This document shows, piece after piece, positions 61,437 to 64,000 of a DNA stretch of 64,000 nt. The stretch covers positions 14,968 to 78,967 of the forward strand of contig CAYTMM010000005.1 in assembly GCA_964438875.1 (NCBI GenBank), given 5' to 3'. Source of the DNA: an uncultured Sphingosinicella sp. Its GTDB lineage: Bacteria; Pseudomonadota; Alphaproteobacteria; Sphingomonadales; Sphingomonadaceae. Made by a program: the position numbers and the translations under genes. The notes under the pieces are model-generated. The model was not told where the DNA came from and made no database searches. It was given only the letters and a program-made list of their open reading frames with translations. Numbering within the stretch: position 1 is the first letter of the stretch; every line of letters starts with the position of its first letter.

Positions 61437-61497
61437 CTATCCACAGGCCGGATTCGCAAGATTTCGCTTGGCGCGACTCGGATAACGGAGTCAGCCT
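61437..61497 (+). promoter_or_regulatory. Putative promoter of ncRNA candidate A
   Basis: TATCCACAGGC (61438) and TTGGCGCGACTC (61468), both shared with the ncRNA B upstream region; -10-like CAGCCT. Confidence 0.5.
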
Positions 61498-61503
61498 GCA
61501 ACT

Positions 61504-61950
61504 TCGCAGTCAGGAAGGATCGACCGGAAACGGACGATCGGAACTGAAAGCGGCCAGAGTGGAAATGGCGGACTTCCGCAAGGAAGAATGCCGAGAACGC
61601 GCTGGATGGAGGAGCGGAAAGAAGCGCGAGGCGCAAGCCGAACCCACTTTTCCAAATACTCCAGCGGACCGGATGTCCCCGGACGGAAGGAACGCACAAG
61701 GGATCATATCGAAGCTTCGACAGAGATTTGATCTCGGTCTGAAAGGCGATGAGGCAGCGATGCGTCGGAGCGTTTCAGGTCAGGGTACCGGACGGAGGTC
61801 GCAAGACCGTTCAGAAGGAACCCAAGGGACCGACCGGGGCCGCGAGGCCTCGGCCGGAACCTCTCCCGGGACGAGCCCAAGCCCTCACCGGCGCGGGATT
61901 CGGATTCGGGCGAAGTGGGGGCCGGCGGCGACGCCGGCCCTCATTTTCTT
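61504..61950 (+). ncRNA. Candidate long structured ncRNA A (~445 nt)
   Basis: GNRA-capped stems: CCG-GAAA-CGG, CTTCC-GCAA-GGAAG, GGC-GCAA-GCC, GGTC-GCAA-GACC, GGCC-GCGA-GGCC. 5' hairpin and terminator are shared with B. The 5' end is estimated. Confidence 0.6.
61914..61950 (+). terminator. Intrinsic terminator
   Basis: GGGCCGGCG-GCGA-CGCCGGCCC followed by TCATTTTCTT. Confidence 0.75.
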
Positions 61951-62072
61951 GAGGGGGCGTAACGTACGTTCCCTCGCGTCGCGAAATGTGACGCCGATGC
62001 CGACATCTGGTGCTGCGGTTATCAGGACGTAACGGGCGATTATGTCAAACTGACCCTGACGGGGCCTGTAGC

Positions 62073-62537
62073 TCAGGCGTCGCCAGGCGTTTCGACGACG
62101 ATCTCGCTCTTGAGCGAATTGGCGATGAAGCATTGCTCGTGCGCTTCGTGATGGAGATGCGCGAGTTCTTCCGCGGTCGGCGCGCGACCGGTGAAGACGA
62201 TCCGGGGCCGCAACACGATGCGGGTGACGCCCATGCGGCCCGGCGCGACCGCGCTCATGGTCCCTTCCGCATCGTCGCGATAGCTTGTGACCTCCAACCC
62301 CGCCTTGTGGGCGACCCAGAGGAAAGCGAGCATGTGGCAGGACGAGGCGGCGGCAACCAGCGCCTCTTCGGGATCGACCCCGGCCGGATCGGACAGCGGC
62401 ACGCGCACCACGTCGGGCGACGAGGAGCCGGGCACGATCGCGCCGCCGTCGAAGCGCCATTCGTGCCGCCGGCTGTAACGCCCGCTCGCGAAATTGCCGT
62501 CGGAAGACCAGTCGATCGTCGCGACATGCCTGACCAT
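62073..62537 (-). CDS. OsmC family protein
   Basis: DPEEALVAAASSCHML...HEQCFIANS two-Cys motif. Confidence 0.92.
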   Translation of the reverse strand: MVRHVATIDWSSDGNFASGRYSRRHEWRFDGGAIVPGSSSPDVVRVPLSDPAGVDPEEALVAAASSCHMLAFLWVAHKAGLEVTSYRDDAEGTMSAVAPGRMGVTRIVLRPRIVFTGRAPTAEELAHLHHEAHEQCFIANSLKSEIVVETPGDA

Positions 62538-63034
62538 CAGTCGACGACCAAGGCCTCGGCCTTGCGCCCCGCTGGAAAGAGATCGGCGCTGCTCGCCACC
62601 TTGCTCTTGGCGGGCGCCGAAGCGGCGGCCTTCGCGGTCAGCATATCGTTGGCCGCCGGCTCCGTGGCCAGCGCCGTGCGGCGCGCCAGACGCCCGTCGA
62701 TCCGTGCGCCGGCAGCGATACTAATCGTTTCATAGGTGACGTCGCCGGCAATCCGCCCGGTTGCCTCGACGATCAAGGTCGCCGCACTGACCGTGCCTTC
62801 GATCAGTCCGGCGATGCGCGCCTCACCCGAGGTGAGATCGCCGGCGATGATCCCGCTCTCTCCCTGACAGAGCTGGCCGCACCGGACATGCCCATCGATC
62901 CGCCCGTCGACATGGAGCTGCGCTGTTGTGGTGAGATCGCCGCTGATCACGACTTCCGGTCCAATGAAAGAGAGACCCGATGGGGACGATCTGCCGGTAC
63001 GCGGCGCCGACTTCGAATCCTTGCGTGAGAACAT
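62537..63034 (-). CDS. Polymer-forming cytoskeletal protein (bactofilin)
   Basis: SFIGPEVVISGDL...LHVDGRIDGHV...IAGDVTYETISIAAGARIDG; TGATG overlap with osmC. Confidence 0.9.
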   Translation of the reverse strand: MFSRKDSKSAPRTGRSSPSGLSFIGPEVVISGDLTTTAQLHVDGRIDGHVRCGQLCQGESGIIAGDLTSGEARIAGLIEGTVSAATLIVEATGRIAGDVTYETISIAAGARIDGRLARRTALATEPAANDMLTAKAAASAPAKSKVASSADLFPAGRKAEALVVD

Positions 63035-63134
63035 GCGGTCCCTCCTCGCTCGGGCGGGACTATTGCGCCTGCCTTACGACAGATCAAGCGCAAGGCGAGG
63101 AAATCGCGCGGCCTTTCAGGCAATAGCGTCCCCG

Positions 63135-63860
63135 ACAGCAATGGGGGCCGGCGTCGCCGCCGGCCCCCACTGTCCCGTCGCGGGTGGACACCAAGCCTGG
63201 GAGGCAAGGCAGTCCGCGAGGGCGGTTTCGAAACCCTGCCCGGACCGGGGGTCCTGGCGATGGCTTCCGGAGTCCCGTCGAAGCAGAACTTCGCAGGATT
63301 CCCCCGAGGCTCCCCGTCAAGGCCGAAGCCCTGGCGGTTCGCCGCTTGGCGGATTTGGAACTCGCGTTCCGCTTCTTGCCTTCCCGCCACCGCTGCCGAA
63401 GCTTTCGTGCCGGAGTGGCAAAATCCTTGGCCGAAGCCGCTGGTTCCGCCTGACGAGGCCATGAGCGAAGCTCCGGGTTCCCGTCGATTTCGCAGCTCCC
63501 GGGACAAGGCCCGGTCCTGCCCGACAATCCGTTCGGCCGAAGCCTCCCTTGTGCCGGTGGCGGTGCGTAAACCCGAAGGTCCCGCTTTCCGCCGAGCGGT
63601 TCCTGAACCCCGAAGGATTCCTGATCCCGCCTGTCCGGTCCCTTTCGCCCGAAGGCCTCCGGTTCCGGGTGGGCGCTTCACGAAGCCTGCCGCTTTCGCT
63701 TCCGCCAAAGGACAAGTCCGCAGCTTCCGCCTGGCGGCGGCTTCGTCAGCCGCCCCGCCTCCGCTCAGCACCTTCCGTCTGGTGGGACGCAAGGCCTCCT
63801 CGCTCGGGCTGTGGCCGGGAAGGCTCTCGTCCGTTGCCGGTCGATCGTCTCTGCCACGAA
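63135..63860 (-). ncRNA. Candidate long structured ncRNA B (~725 nt)
   Basis: Seven C-UUCG-G motifs on the minus strand only (CCGAAG at 63323, 63396, 63431, 63537, 63573, 63610, 63649). 5' hairpin and terminator are shared with A. Ends are estimated. Confidence 0.62.
63140..63171 (-). terminator. Terminator-like hairpin, 31/32 identical to 61914-61945
   Basis: AGTGGGGGCCGGCG-GCGA-CGCCGGCCCCCATT on the minus strand; weak U-tract. Confidence 0.65.
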
Positions 63861-63864
63861 TCGA

Positions 63865-63914
63865 AAGCTGTCATGAAAAGTGAGTCGCGCCAAACGGATT
63901 CAGCCTGTGGATAA
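63865..63914 (-). promoter_or_regulatory. Putative promoter of ncRNA candidate B with perfect DnaA box
   Basis: TTATCCACA (63914-63906), TTGGCGCGACTC (63893-63882), 17-bp spacer from TTGGCG to a -10-like CAGCTT. Confidence 0.5.
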
Positions 63915-64000
63915 TGAGGAAAACGGGAATAAGTGCGCCTGCCTGCATGCACATCCCTTACGCGCGCGGCTTGCGGCGCGCGTCGCGCCCGCATAAAGGA

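Noticed and set aside
61468-61485. TTGGCGCG as a sigma54 -24 element
   Set aside because: No TTGC -12 element at the required spacing in either copy.
61217-62032. 271-aa ORF across ncRNA candidate A
   Set aside because: Overlaps a real lipoprotein gene out of frame, has low-complexity R/G/S composition, and runs through a terminator. Not formally excluded.
62947-63792. 281-aa ORF across ncRNA candidate B
   Set aside because: TTG start, no recognisable family, overlaps the bactofilin gene and crosses the terminator hairpin. Not formally excluded.
61504-63860. Identity of the structured regions as RNase P RNA, tmRNA, 6S, rRNA or group II intron
   Set aside because: No GAGGAAAGTCC RNase P motif, tRNA-like ends or tag ORF, rRNA signatures or intron domain V recognised; an Rfam search is still needed.

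Overview
GC-rich alphaproteobacterial sequence, most likely Sphingomonadaceae, judged from gene content, GAAC-N7-GAAC SOS boxes and repeat families. Positions 1 to about 37465 are a mosaic genomic island. It is bracketed by two same-orientation copies of a DUF3489-DUF2924-serine recombinase module; the right copy is a doubly deleted relic. Island cargo: a RAYT transposase; a signal-peptide-bearing Rhs toxin (Ntox28-like tip) with immunity gene and a small YD/Ig-like partner, divergent from a reduced virB2-3-4-6-8-9-10-11-2 type IV secretion operon (no virB1/5/7, virD4 or relaxase in the window); a defence-like cluster (TIGR04141-like protein, membrane protein, two MBL hydrolases, DUF4238, E2-E1-JAB fusion) with LexA boxes at both ends; an autotransporter; a MerR-controlled TonB-dependent receptor; DUF5681 and a ParB-methyltransferase. 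From 37469 the sequence looks like core chromosome: type III PKS/methyltransferase/flavoprotein, M20 peptidase, D-aminoacylase, BlaI/M56, a methyltransferase-endonuclease fusion, and LexA-controlled uvrA carrying an in-frame palindromic insertion. Downstream are a SEFIR gene cut by a passenger-carrying IS1595 element and assorted envelope genes. The top candidates for an undescribed system are (1) two related, convergent, highly structured long non-coding RNA candidates of about 445 and 725 nt flanking osmC-bactofilin at 61.4-63.9 kb, and (2) the Ptl-like, VirD4-less T4SS next to a Sec-exported Rhs toxin. All family names come from motif recognition by eye; no database searches were run. Many start codons were moved from the ORF track to more plausible starts.
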